Positions 33,901 through 44,761 of a stretch of 64,000 nt of DNA are shown one piece after another; within the stretch, counting starts at the first letter, position 1; every line of letters begins with the position of its first letter. A program made the translations under genes and the position numbers. Location of the stretch: assembly GCA_963765495.1 (NCBI GenBank), contig CAVXWP010000008.1:224001-288000 (forward strand). The letters run 5' to 3'. The notes below the pieces were generated by a model. It ran no database searches, was not told the origin of the DNA, and saw only the letters and a program-made list of their open reading frames with translations. Origin of the DNA: Blastocatellia bacterium. Lineage in GTDB: Bacteria; Acidobacteriota; Blastocatellia; UBA7656.

Positions 33901-36900
33901 GAGGCCCGCCAAGCGCCTGCTGCGCGGTAGTAGCCGTGACATCAAATGACCGTACGGGCGCGCCGTTCGGACAGCCTGCGTTGGGCGTTGTGTGCGAAGC
34001 GAAATTCTTATTATTCGGCAACGGCAGGAGGTCGGCCTGCGATGTCTTGTAACTTCGCATCAGCCCCCAGTTGCCGTTTTGCAATCCTGTAGCATCCGAG
34101 CTTGGAATATAAAGGTAATCCGCCTGCTCGGTCGTCGCGCTCGTACGAGGCAGCGTGAAGTGCATCTCATAGTGTTCGGAGATGCCCATGCCCTGCGTGC
34201 TACGATATCCGGAGTCCCCGTAGGCAGGCTCGAACAGCCAGTTTACTCCGTGTATGGTGAAGAAGTGCGCTGACATGTGAGCGCCTACCAGGACGCGTAT
34301 CTGCACCCTGTCCCCTTCATAGGCTCTGAGCAACGGAGTGTAAGGGTCAGTTGCGAGCATCCCCCCGCCAATCGGGGACTTCGGATACGTGAAACAGGCG
34401 GTCACCGCCGGGTTGCATGCCGGATTGATGACTCCACCTGTGTCAGGTTGGCGGTTTAAATCGGGATCGGTTCGCGTAATCGAGTTGAACACATAGGAAA
34501 GGTCGGTCTGCGCAGGAACCGAGTACTCGCCGCTCTTTGGAGGCGAGAGCCTGTAAGGTAACGGTTCGTTTCTATAGCTGACCGAAAACGACCCGGTGCT
34601 AAACTGATTTGTGATCAGATGTGGATAAGGAGGGCCGCCCGGATCGCTTGAGCCGCCGTTTATCGGAGGATTGATGGCATTGTTCGGATCGCTCCAGCCA
34701 AAGGGACCGCCGGGGCTCTTCTTGGGAAGATTCGGACCGTAAGGTACGTAAGGCACCAGCGTGGTTATGCTCGTGTTCAGATAGGCAAGTTGCCTGTCCT
34801 GAAACTCTAGCATGAATTCGCGATATGTCTTTGACGGCTCATCCTTGTTGATGATGATGGCCTGCCAGCTTGTAGGGCCGCCATCGAATCGAGTGCCAAA
34901 GAAAGCGCCCGTTTCAGGGTCTTGCCATTGCGATCCTTTCGGCTCAACCAGAAGCCCCGCATACAGACCTATCTGCTGGTGAGTGGAAGGGCTGAAATGA
35001 TCGTGGGTGAAGACAGTGGTTATCGTGCGGTCATGTCCTTCGTTATCGAGAAGGGGATCGGAGTACCATCGCTGTACTGTAGCCTGTGCACCAACCCAGG
35101 CGTTGTTTGGGCCGTTGCCGAAGAATGGAATATTCTTGGGATGAAGTTGTCTTTGAGTTCCAGACTTGAGCATCGAGTCGGCATAGATGCCGCCCGCTTT
35201 GTTTATCGCTTCGATCTGTTCACGAACTTCATCCGGGCTGAAGGTTCCGTCTTCGTAATTAAAGCCGTTTGCGGCACCGTCCGAACTCGTGACATCGAAC
35301 TTCACAAGATGGATGTGTTGACCCAGCACGTCGGTCGGGGTTCGAACCTGGAAATCATCCAACTCATAATAATTCGGCACGAGGTTGGCCAGCCAGTATT
35401 CGATGACCTGCCCGCTGTTGGAACGGAAAAAGAGCGGCTCCGGCGCGCGCTTCCCGCTCAAGGTGTCGTTGACATCGCCCCAGAGCGAAATGATTCGAGC
35501 CTGAGGATAATGCCATCCCTTCTTGTTTAGCACGAGATCGAGTTGAATATCGGCCGCTTTATATTGAATCGGTTTCTCAAGGACCGGAGAGCCGTCGAGT
35601 TTGATGCCCGGGTCTGCATAGGGCGCGCCGGGTTGTCGGGGGCGACCGTTTAGGATGAAATCCTTTGGAGCGCCGCCGGGTGTGAAACTGGGATGGTTTC
35701 GAATCGAATGCGTGGTCATCGCTACATCTTCAACAGGCGTCCCGTCCTCGGGCAACTCAAATGCCGTCAGCGTGTCGTTCAGCTTGGTGAAGTCCCAGCG
35801 GTTGTGCTGCTCGTATATCTTCGGATCATACAAACCGACGTATCTCGGCAAGCCACCATCGAGCAATTGCGGCTTTCCGTCAGGCCCGAGTCGGGGTTGC
35901 CCGTTGTCATCCAGATCGGGAGCGTAATCCAGAGGAGGATGAGGAACGCGCTGCCCGGCTATGCCGGGGATAAAGAAGGGGTAGCCCGGATTTCTGCCTG
36001 CGGCAAGGTCCTGCGGGTTTACTTCGGACTTATAGCCCACAACCGTATTAACAGATTGACCGCTTGCATTCTTGACGGTCGCGTTGACCGGGACTACCTC
36101 AACTCTGGCGGGCATCGGAGCCATCGCGTAAATCGGCATCGGAACCAGCCCCGGAATCGGGACGCCGGTCGTTATCTCTCCGTCGGGCAGCGCGCGGTTC
36201 CATCCGGGCTTTGGCTTGCCGGTATTGTCAAGCTCGGTCCCTATCTCAAATGTGTCGTGCACGCGCCACAGGGCCCACATCCCCTGCGCAAAGTGCGGGT
36301 AGAAGTGACAGTGGAATATGGAATCGCCGACCGTCTGATTGAGGTTCCCGCTCCCGCGATAGACGTGCTCCATCGTATAGGCGATGCCGGGCGAGATCAT
36401 CTGGCTGTCGCGATAATGACTTTGATCGCTGTTTGGAGTGTGCAGCCACTGGTGCGCGTGAAGGTGATGGACGTGTGTGATATTTTGTCCGGCGTGGAGG
36501 ACTCGGAATTTCACATGGTCGCCCATATAGCTGTGATAAACATTTGAGGGATCATCGGGATAAAAAGCCTTTGTCGCCTTTGGTCCCGGTTTGATCTGAT
36601 TTGTTGACGGATCAACCGCGTTTGCGGGAATGTCTACGATCATCGAAGGGTCGCCGTTTGGCCACGAACTCAGGAAGAACTCTTCAAATCTACAAGTCGC
36701 GCACTGATACTCCGGGCCTACTTTGGTCCTGTTTGCCCAGATCGGCGGGCCGATTGCCGCCATGCCGTAGTTGATCGCGAAGAAATCACGCCCGGCCTGT
36801 AAGGTGTAGGCCATGTCGCCCGATGTGAACTGAGGAAATGCCTGCGTGGCGACGAAGTCGTCGTGATAATGGATGGCGAATTCTCTGTACGGATGTCTGC

Positions 36901-38227
36901 GGTCAGGGTAGGGCGGGTTCTGATCGAAGGTCGGCGCATCGCCTATAAAAAGCCCCGCATCCGTGCCCGTGATAATCGCCGTCAGATCCGAGTGATAAGT
37001 TATGTCGGCTGCCGGGTCTATAACCTTCTCACAGCCCGTTTGCGTGGTTTTGTATGCGGAGTCAACCATCTTCAAAATCGGGACGCACCGGCGATTCTGG
37101 TTTGTGTCGTTGCTGGGGTAAACCGCGCCGTAGTTTACTAATGGCTGTCCGCCGGGCGATTTCAAATATCCTCTTTGAGTAGGGGGAACGGGATTGCCGC
37201 CTTCGTCTGCAATGATGACCTGCCCGTCCTGAAGATTATGCTGGTTCCCGACAGGGTTTGTGATCTTTATTTCCCAGACGGGGAAGGTCTTTCCCTCAAG
37301 CGTGACGGTTTTTTGAGTGCCGTTCTCCATAAAGGGCGCAAGGCTCATGTTTGGAGGCAGGCTGGTGGAAATGTATGTGGCCTGCATCAGATCATCGTGT
37401 GTTACCTGACTCCGGTAAAACTCCGCGTCCTGCGGCTGAACCGTCACATTCCCGAAGAGGCCCTGCGAAAGCTGACCACCAAAATCGAGCCGCAGACCTA
37501 CATCGGCGGCCGTGCTGTAAAGGAGGAATGAGCCTTCGGCGGCGGCGTAAAGCGTATAGGTGATGGTATCGCCGGGAGCCACGAGGCCGCTCTTTCTCGA
37601 CGCCGTTCCGAATACGTCGTTTCTGCCTACCCAGGAGCCATCGGCGCTGATGCCTTCAATAGGAGTTCCGTCTGCGGCGGCGGCCTTGACGAGATTCATG
37701 CCTTCGACGTGGACCCCCGCATAACGTGTTGCGGGCTGCTCCGTGTCGGTTCCAAATGTCTGTTGGTTTGGAGGGTTCCCGTCGTTTGCGTTTACCATCG
37801 CGTTTTCGTTTGGTCTGTAGGCATTCGCAAGAGTGCTTTTAACCGGGAATCGCTTTGGGTCGAAGACACGCGGAACACTGCCGAGAAGGTTCTGAAATTT
37901 GATTTCCAGACAGTCATTCACCCTCACGCGCAATACAATCGGTCGAGGTCGCTTATCGGGTCTGAGCATCACTTTGCCTGGAGTCAGATTCCGGGTCGAA
38001 GGGTCATTTGAGACTACGTCGCGCCGAAGGGCAAACATCATTCCTCCGGCCTGAATTGCGCCCAGGCGGTTGATATAAAAAGCCTGATCTATGGCTACTA
38101 CGTCTGCCCTGGTCGTATGCTTGCATTCAGGCTGTTGCGCCCTTGCCGGACCGGAAACCCCGATCAATACCAGCGTAGCGAATACTCCAGGCAAGATGCG
38201 TGAAAACCTTCGTTTTCGCTCCATCAT
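30922..38227 (-). CDS. Giant MnxG-like multicopper oxidase (about 2430 aa if fused), split by one extra base at about 33273-33289
   Basis: Signal peptide; HVHHLHAH, HCHFYPHFAQGM, QHIH, THDH and LHGHVW copper motifs; the +1 frame continues KTYTWFAG...VPVEFG into ORF 30922-33213. Confidence 0.85.
31800..32940 (-). repeat. Three tandem cupredoxin (type-1 copper) domains within the MCO C-terminal part
   Basis: Three near-identical units of about 125 aa: LQIDGA...THGITF...NFECTVHKQNMAGVFQ. Confidence 0.88.
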
Positions 38228-38399
38228 CAGATCCTCCTTGCAGTCTATCGGGCGGGTAAACATTTGACCCTCTCACTCTGCAATTCTGCATTTATTCCCG
38301 GTAAATTTTTTGCCGTCCCGGCTCAAGGGGTTGCCTTACCCTCAATCGAGCCTTCGGTCATCGGTCACACTAATGGCCTGAGAGAATGTCCTCACTTAC

Positions 38400-38426
38400 A
38401 TGACGATTCAGGATGCGATTTGTGAA
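38400..38426 (-). promoter_or_regulatory. Putative ECF promoter upstream of the MCO
   Basis: TTCACAAAT-N12-CGTCAT. Confidence 0.6.
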
Positions 38427-38461
38427 AATTCTGTCAGCAGGAAAAGCCAAAGCGGGGCGGG

Positions 38462-39217
38462 CTATTGCCATTTGCCTTTAATCAGGCTTTCAAACAGGCA
38501 ACAATGTTGCATCTCGCCGTTTATCGGGGGGAGGATTCGCGCCTCCGGGAAAAGGGATTTTATGTGGTCCGCTGTGTAAAAGACATCAAGGTAGTATTGA
38601 TCACGCGGCTGATAATGCCTGATTTCCTCCCCTTCGAGATACAGGTCCCGATGATTGACAAGAGAGCAAAAACTTGCGCCCCTGGCCCGTTCAAGCAATG
38701 ACTCTACATCGAGACCTGGATATTCCTCTTTTGATCTGTCCAGGCGCCATTTCAAATTGTTTCCGTCGTAGCGACCCGGCCATGTTTCGTAATGCGGGTC
38801 AATGAATGTAAAGGCGAGCAAGCCACCTCTTTCAAGCATCCCTCTTAAATGCTCGACCAATTCGATCATTTCAGTCTCTCCGGTGTGCGTAAAGACCGAA
38901 TAGGAAAGGATGAAATCAAACTTTTGCCCCGTTTCAGGTATGGGTAACCCCTCGATGCCGGTGGGGTTGAACGCGAAATTGTATCGGTTGTAAAAGGACC
39001 AGTGAGCTTCGGGAAAGGCTCTTTCCCCCATCTCAATCGCATCTCTTGAAACATCGAGACACCAGTAAAGATGTTGATCGATAGTCGAGTCAGGGTCCTT
39101 CAATATGTTTCCGACGTTGCCCCCGAAATCCAAAACCTTTTTGCCTCCCCAGACGGGCCGTCCGAGTTGCAGATTAAAATAAGTGAATTGATTATACTTC
39201 CTCGAGATGAATGACAC
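38462..39217 (-). CDS. Class I SAM-dependent methyltransferase
   Basis: VLDFGGNVG and FDFILSYSVFTH motifs. Confidence 0.88.
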   Translation of the reverse strand: MSFISRKYNQFTYFNLQLGRPVWGGKKVLDFGGNVGNILKDPDSTIDQHLYWCLDVSRDAIEMGERAFPEAHWSFYNRYNFAFNPTGIEGLPIPETGQKFDFILSYSVFTHTGETEMIELVEHLRGMLERGGLLAFTFIDPHYETWPGRYDGNNLKWRLDRSKEEYPGLDVESLLERARGASFCSLVNHRDLYLEGEEIRHYQPRDQYYLDVFYTADHIKSLFPEARILPPINGEMQHCCLFESLIKGKWQ

Positions 39218-40217
39218 TTGAATTTCCTCTATAGACCTTTCCGGTTAATGGGCTCGCCAGTTCCCGCTCGTATTCTCGAATATAATCGGCAGCCATCCTC
39301 AGGTAATGGTAGTCACGCATTGCCTTTTCGCGGCACGCTTTCGGGGATATGCTCGAAATACTTTCAAGGGCCTTCAGGTAATCGGCACGGTCGCTGCAAA
39401 CGAACCCCACGTCGGGAGAGATAATTTCGGGGCACGCGCCCCGGTCGCTACAGATGACCGGAGTTCCCGAAATCAACGCCTCGACCATAACAAGCCCGAA
39501 TGCTTCGGCCAGCTTGCTCGGGAAAAGAAAAGCAGCTGCGCCCGCAAGCAACTCTGCCTTTTGCCTGCCCTGAACATCTCCAACATATCTTGCCCCGCTC
39601 TGCTCGCACATCTCGGCTATTTTATGGATGACCTCATAGCTTCCTGCGGTCCCGGCTACGACAAGCGGCAGTCCCGACTCTTTAGAAAGAGAGAGAGCCG
39701 TGTCCAACCCTTTATCGAGAGCCCAGTCCATGCTCGACATGAAGAGAAGGTAATCATCTTTCGTTTCGGAGTAGATGTACTGCTCGGGGTCGATTCCATT
39801 CAGGACATACCTCTCGCGTCCGAGAGACTCGGCCATGGTCTTTGAGACGAAAATCCAGTTTTCAGTAGTCTCGGCAGGCGCCCGCCCGCGAACCCTGAGA
39901 TCCATGTGACAGGTCGTTACCCAGGGTTTCCCGATAGATTCCATATATTCGACAATGTATTCGTCCCTGTAGGCTATGTTGTGAAAAATGTCTATCTCAG
40001 CCAGCGGGGCTGAAACAAGCCGAGCCCCTTTCGGAAGCGGCTTTGTCGCGCCTTCGGGCAAGAGGTAAAACACATCGTGCCCGAGTTCGGCCAGCCCCTT
40101 TACGATCAGGTCCTGAATGCGATGGCCTGACCCGGAAGGGAAGAGCTTTGGATGAGGGCCGCTTCCAACCTCTCCTGAGGCCGGAAACTGATGATTCGAT
40201 GACAGCAAGACTCGCAT
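39192..40217 (-). CDS. GT4 family glycosyltransferase
   Basis: NGID, KGLD and EAFGLVMVEALISGTPVI motifs. Confidence 0.9.
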   Translation of the reverse strand: MRVLLSSNHQFPASGEVGSGPHPKLFPSGSGHRIQDLIVKGLAELGHDVFYLLPEGATKPLPKGARLVSAPLAEIDIFHNIAYRDEYIVEYMESIGKPWVTTCHMDLRVRGRAPAETTENWIFVSKTMAESLGRERYVLNGIDPEQYIYSETKDDYLLFMSSMDWALDKGLDTALSLSKESGLPLVVAGTAGSYEVIHKIAEMCEQSGARYVGDVQGRQKAELLAGAAAFLFPSKLAEAFGLVMVEALISGTPVICSDRGACPEIISPDVGFVCSDRADYLKALESISSISPKACREKAMRDYHYLRMAADYIREYERELASPLTGKVYRGNSSVIHLEEV

Positions 40218-40243
40218 GAGTTATTTCCTTCTGACCAATCTCT

Positions 40244-41032
40244 CTATCCGACCTTACCCCCGGTCAACCATCCGTCCTTAGAAAGCGAGGCGAGCCCCTC
40301 TTCTATATCCTCGGACGGAAGGTTTTCAAGGAGGTCGAGATGAGCGCACTCGGCGCTCCCTCGTGCTCTTACGACCGGAAAAGGCGGCTTACTCATAGTC
40401 GGTGTGACAAATCTGATGATGAATCCCGTGCGCCTGCTCCCCGAACGATTCGGATTCGACCCGTGTATTATGTTGAAATGGTGGAGCGACATCTCGCCTG
40501 CTTTCAGGCTTACGTCAACTGCTTCCGTTTCATTGATCTTCACTTTTACGTGCTGGCCCTGGCGCAACAAATTGTCCTCCGAGAGAATCTGCTCGTGCGG
40601 CAACATACGGTTGTGAGAACCCGGCACCACTCTTAAACAGCCGCTTTCCGGGGTGCTGTCGCTCAGGGCCACCCAGACTGATGTCGCATTTGATGCGCCG
40701 AGTCCCGCGTACGCGCTATCCTGATGCCAGGATGTGTAGGCCGTGCTATTTGGCGGTTTACTCAAGATAAGTGTTCCCCAGATTATCACCTCCGGCCCTA
40801 GAATCGAGGCTACCTTATCAATTATCCCGGGCTGCGTTGCCAGATCATAAGCCCATCGAAAGTAGAGATGAGACATCCTCAATGCCTGTTGGTTGGCCCC
40901 AGTTCGCGCCTCCACCTCCTCAAGAGCCGAGAGGTATCTTGAAACCTCGCTGCTTGAAAGCGCCGTCATCGGAAAGAGGACACCATCGCGATTGTATCGT
41001 TCCACCTGCTCACTTGACAGCCCATCTGACAT
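40244..41032 (-). CDS. Phytanoyl-CoA dioxygenase (PhyH) family Fe(II)/2OG oxygenase
   Basis: WHQD, GCLRVVPGSH and HGS...N...R motifs. Confidence 0.9.
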   Translation of the reverse strand: MSDGLSSEQVERYNRDGVLFPMTALSSSEVSRYLSALEEVEARTGANQQALRMSHLYFRWAYDLATQPGIIDKVASILGPEVIIWGTLILSKPPNSTAYTSWHQDSAYAGLGASNATSVWVALSDSTPESGCLRVVPGSHNRMLPHEQILSEDNLLRQGQHVKVKINETEAVDVSLKAGEMSLHHFNIIHGSNPNRSGSRRTGFIIRFVTPTMSKPPFPVVRARGSAECAHLDLLENLPSEDIEEGLASLSKDGWLTGGKVG

Positions 41033-41104
41033 AGCCTACCCCCTCCCTATCTGGATTCGTCTCCTCGATACAATCACGTCTCTATATTTAACACGTTTCT
41101 ATAT

Positions 41105-42307
41105 TTAAGCCGACGGCACCTGCACAGCGGGTTGATTCAGACCGATTGTCGCTGAACCGGGCAACAACTCTTCCCACATGCTCATTACTTTTTCAATCTG
41201 AAACCGCTCTACGACTTCCACAGCGCGTTTTGATAACTCTTTTCGCCGAACGTCATCAGCCATCAGTTTCTCAAGGGTCCGCGCGAGCGCAGCTACATCG
41301 CCCGGCGGCACGAGCAGGCCGTCTACCCCGTTTCTTATTATCCGGCGGACGCCGCTCGAGCAATTAAAAGCCACCGGAGCAAGGCCGCAGGCCATCGCCT
41401 CACAAAGCGAGTTGGGAAACCCTTCGGTCTTCGAAGGCAACACAAAAATGTCGCCCCTTTGCAAGGCTTCGTAAGGGTGTGAAGTATGACCGCAGAACCG
41501 GACTCTTTTTTGAAGACCTACTCTGTCGCAAAGCGACTCAAGCTCATGCCGAAGGTGGCCGTCTCCCCAGATTTCGAGAGACCATTCAGGGTTTCGCTCC
41601 TGTATTTTAGCGAATGCCTTGATGAGCAAATCCAGCCCTTTCTCTTCCGAGAGCCGTCCCATGCCGATAATGATTCCCGCTCTTTTTTTTGCCTGACCAT
41701 TCAATGATTTCGCCGGTTTCAAGACGGGATTAGGTATTATCCGCAGGCGGTGACCGACGAAGGGAGAGAAGAAGCCGTGCGCCTCTTCTGTCAATGTGAC
41801 TACGAAGGCAGCCTCAGAATAAAGCCTGCGGCGCAACATCGCTCTTCCTTCGAACCCCATTGAATTCGCGCGGGGGTCGCTGTGTTCAGAGACTATCACG
41901 GGGATGTTTAGCCCCCTTGTTGCCATAAGCACTCTGACATTTGTGATGTCCATAAACGAGATGATCGCGCAAGGCTGAGTCTCAATGATTGCTTTACGAA
42001 GCAGCACGGCCAGATAAAAATCTCTCACAAAAACGGCGTGTTCGATAGGCGATAGATCACCGGCAAGTTCCCAGACTCTTTCAACCGATTCAGGCGAGGG
42101 GTTGAATCGAAGCGGCTGTTTCTGGATATTCAAATTTATATGCCGGATTTGCGGGGCTAGATCGTAGCAGGCGGAAGTGCGACGGTGAAACAGGGTCAGG
42201 ATAGTAATGCTCCAACCCCTGCCAGCCCAGTAATTGGCCATGTTGGTCGCCACCCGCTCCGCGCCTCCGCAACTAAGCGAAGAAATGACGAGCGTGATTC
42301 TCCTCAT
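41105..42307 (-). CDS. GT4 family glycosyltransferase
   Basis: GGAERV, GRL...KG and EGFPNSLCEAMACG motifs. Confidence 0.9.
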   Translation of the reverse strand: MRRITLVISSLSCGGAERVATNMANYWAGRGWSITILTLFHRRTSACYDLAPQIRHINLNIQKQPLRFNPSPESVERVWELAGDLSPIEHAVFVRDFYLAVLLRKAIIETQPCAIISFMDITNVRVLMATRGLNIPVIVSEHSDPRANSMGFEGRAMLRRRLYSEAAFVVTLTEEAHGFFSPFVGHRLRIIPNPVLKPAKSLNGQAKKRAGIIIGMGRLSEEKGLDLLIKAFAKIQERNPEWSLEIWGDGHLRHELESLCDRVGLQKRVRFCGHTSHPYEALQRGDIFVLPSKTEGFPNSLCEAMACGLAPVAFNCSSGVRRIIRNGVDGLLVPPGDVAALARTLEKLMADDVRRKELSKRAVEVVERFQIEKVMSMWEELLPGSATIGLNQPAVQVPSA

Positions 42308-42352
42308 CTACCTTGCCTCGTTTCATGCTCGCCGAAAAACCGCAAACCGGGA

Positions 42353-43483
42353 TCAGACAGTGCGAGCAATGCCTTCTCTTACCCGGTTCGATCTTTCAAT
42401 CGCCTTCTCTGCGGAGTGTTGATTCTCTTTCGCCCTTATGATCGGCAGAATCTCTTTTCCAAAAAACTCCATCTCTTCCAGTTTTGGCCAGCCCGAGAAG
42501 ATGAATTGTGTAATACCTATGTGCCCATAATTGAGTATCGCGTCGGCAACCTCTTTGGCCGACCCCACAAGCGCGATTGCGGGAGCGCCATGCGAGCGAA
42601 CCGCGCCTGTCCAGAGCGTGCGGTTCAACCACTCGGTATTTGCAAGCTCGTGAGTTCTGGCGAATCCTACAGAGTCACTGTTGCTAATGAAACTCCTCTC
42701 CATATCTTTTTCCCTGAGCTTCGCGTCAAGACGCTCGACAAGCTGGGTTGCCGCCCGTATCGCCTCTCGTCGAGTAGGTCTGGAAATGATCGAGCATCGA
42801 AGCCCCACCTCTTTTCCGCTCGCAAGTATAGGCTGAATGTCGGGGAGCAATCTTTCGGGAGTGTCGGCGAGCCGCATCCAGCAGGTACCCTGATGGATTG
42901 CCAGGTGTTGGGCGGGCCGGGAATTTCCCGCGATATACAATTCGGGGAATGACCTGTCATTCGAGATGAAGGGGGTATTCAGCCTGCCGTTCTCTATCTG
43001 ATAATACTTGCCGTCAAAATTGACCGGGCCGTAATTCTTCCAGAAGCCGTGACAGACGGCCAGAAACTCTTCGGTTCGCTCGTACCTCTCGTCGTGAGAG
43101 AGAAAATCGCCATAGTAGCGTTGCTCTTCCGGTGAGTGGCCGGCCACGATGTTTAGCGAGAATCGCCCGTTTATCAGCGCCGATAGCGTGTTCAATTGCT
43201 GGACGAATGTTGTAGGAGAGAGCAAACCCGAGCGATAGGCGATGATAAATTTGACCTTTTCGGTTGCAAGCCCGAGTGCGGTGGCAAGCAGAATGGGGTC
43301 AGGCTTTGAGTACCCGAAATCTGTCAGCAGCGAATCTATGCCACTGCTTTCGGCGACCCGGCAGAAATGGGTCTGGGTCTCAAGGTCGGGAAGCGATGTG
43401 TCAATTTTTGTGGCTGCCAGAGCCCTGGTCTTGCCTGACCCTTCGCCTCTTTGTAACAGCCTCCAATGAAATCTCAATGCCAT
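42353..43483 (-). CDS. LLM-class flavin-dependent monooxygenase (SsuD-like), paralog 2
   Basis: GRFSLNIVAG, ERYERTEEFL and ALVGS motifs. Confidence 0.9.
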   Translation of the reverse strand: MALRFHWRLLQRGEGSGKTRALAATKIDTSLPDLETQTHFCRVAESSGIDSLLTDFGYSKPDPILLATALGLATEKVKFIIAYRSGLLSPTTFVQQLNTLSALINGRFSLNIVAGHSPEEQRYYGDFLSHDERYERTEEFLAVCHGFWKNYGPVNFDGKYYQIENGRLNTPFISNDRSFPELYIAGNSRPAQHLAIHQGTCWMRLADTPERLLPDIQPILASGKEVGLRCSIISRPTRREAIRAATQLVERLDAKLREKDMERSFISNSDSVGFARTHELANTEWLNRTLWTGAVRSHGAPAIALVGSAKEVADAILNYGHIGITQFIFSGWPKLEEMEFFGKEILPIIRAKENQHSAEKAIERSNRVREGIARTV

Positions 43484-43523
43484 CCGGCTTCTCTCCCTTC
43501 TATTATTTGCCCGGCCCGGTATC

Positions 43524-43558
43524 CAAATCTCAAATCTCAAATCTCAAATCTCAAATCT
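43524..43558. repeat. (CAAATCT)5 heptamer tandem repeat
   Basis: Read directly in the gap between the two LLM genes. Confidence 0.85.
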
Positions 43559-43568
43559 CAAATTCATT

Positions 43569-44687
43569 TCAGCCTGTCAGACCCAAAATAATCTTGCGCT
43601 GTCTTTCGATCTCTCTATTCTTCTCGGCTTCCTGCTCTTTTGCCCTGATCAGGGGTAGTATCGCCTGACTGAAGAACTTCATCTCTTCAATATCGGGCCA
43701 CCCCATGAATAGAAATTGACTGACACCTGCTTCCTTATACTCCATAATCGCCGTAGCTATGTCTTCGGGCGAACCCACAAGGGCGATCGCTACGGCTCCA
43801 AGGTAGGGAACCGCGCCCGTCCAGAGATACTGACTCAGCCAGTCGGATTCGTTTTTTTCGGCCAGCGCGAATGTTGAGCGGAAAGCAACAGAATCAGATT
43901 TCTTCTCGAATTCCTTATGAGTCTTCTTCGGTTGTGTGCCGAGCTTGCGAATCATCGAGTTAGCATCATCTATCGCCTGCTTGCGGGTGGGTCTTGCAAG
44001 AATCGAAACAAGCAGCCCGACTTCTTTTCCCTGTGGTCGGAAAAGCTGAGTTCGAGACCTGATCTTTTCCGGCGTGTCAGGCAACCGCCAAAGGCAGTCG
44101 GCGTGCTTTAATGCCAGCGCTTCGGCAAGCGGCGAATTGCCGCCAAGAAAAATTTCGGGGCGCGGTCTTTCATCAGAAACGAAAGGCGTATTTAATTTGC
44201 CGTTCTCTATTCGATAATGCTTGCCCTCAAAGTTTACTTCACCGCTCTGTTCCCAGAATGCGCGACAGACGGTCAGGAACTCATCGGCCCGCTCATACCT
44301 TTCATCGTGGGTGAGAAAGTCGCCATATGCGCGTTGCTCGCCGGGCGTATGGCCTGCGACTACATTGAGGCAAATTCGCCCGTTTGTCAGTGCAGAGACG
44401 GTATTGACCTGTTGCACGAATACGGTTGGAGAGAAGATGCCTGACCGGACCGCTACCATAAACTTTATGCGCTCGGTCATCATTCCAAGCCCGCTTGCAA
44501 GTGCTATGGGGTCTGGACGGTGAAAGCCAAAGGCTGTCAGCAGGGAATCCATCTCGCAGGCTTCGGCTGTGCGGCAAAATCGCAGATGAGCCTCAAGGTC
44601 GGGGATACCCGACTGTTCGGCTCTTGCCTTTGCGCCCTTCAATCTCTCTCCGGCCGCCGACATGCTCCAATGAAATCTCAGGCCCAT
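43569..44687 (-). CDS. LLM-class flavin-dependent monooxygenase (SsuD-like), paralog 1
   Basis: GRICLNVVAG, ERYERADEFL and ALVGSPE motifs; colinear with paralog 2. Confidence 0.9.
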   Translation of the reverse strand: MGLRFHWSMSAAGERLKGAKARAEQSGIPDLEAHLRFCRTAEACEMDSLLTAFGFHRPDPIALASGLGMMTERIKFMVAVRSGIFSPTVFVQQVNTVSALTNGRICLNVVAGHTPGEQRAYGDFLTHDERYERADEFLTVCRAFWEQSGEVNFEGKHYRIENGKLNTPFVSDERPRPEIFLGGNSPLAEALALKHADCLWRLPDTPEKIRSRTQLFRPQGKEVGLLVSILARPTRKQAIDDANSMIRKLGTQPKKTHKEFEKKSDSVAFRSTFALAEKNESDWLSQYLWTGAVPYLGAVAIALVGSPEDIATAIMEYKEAGVSQFLFMGWPDIEEMKFFSQAILPLIRAKEQEAEKNREIERQRKIILGLTG

Positions 44688-44761
44688 TTCTTTATTCTCC
44701 TCTTGAGTGCGCAAGTCGAAGACCCTCTACGGTCTCCGGGCCCTCAAATCGAGGTGATGAC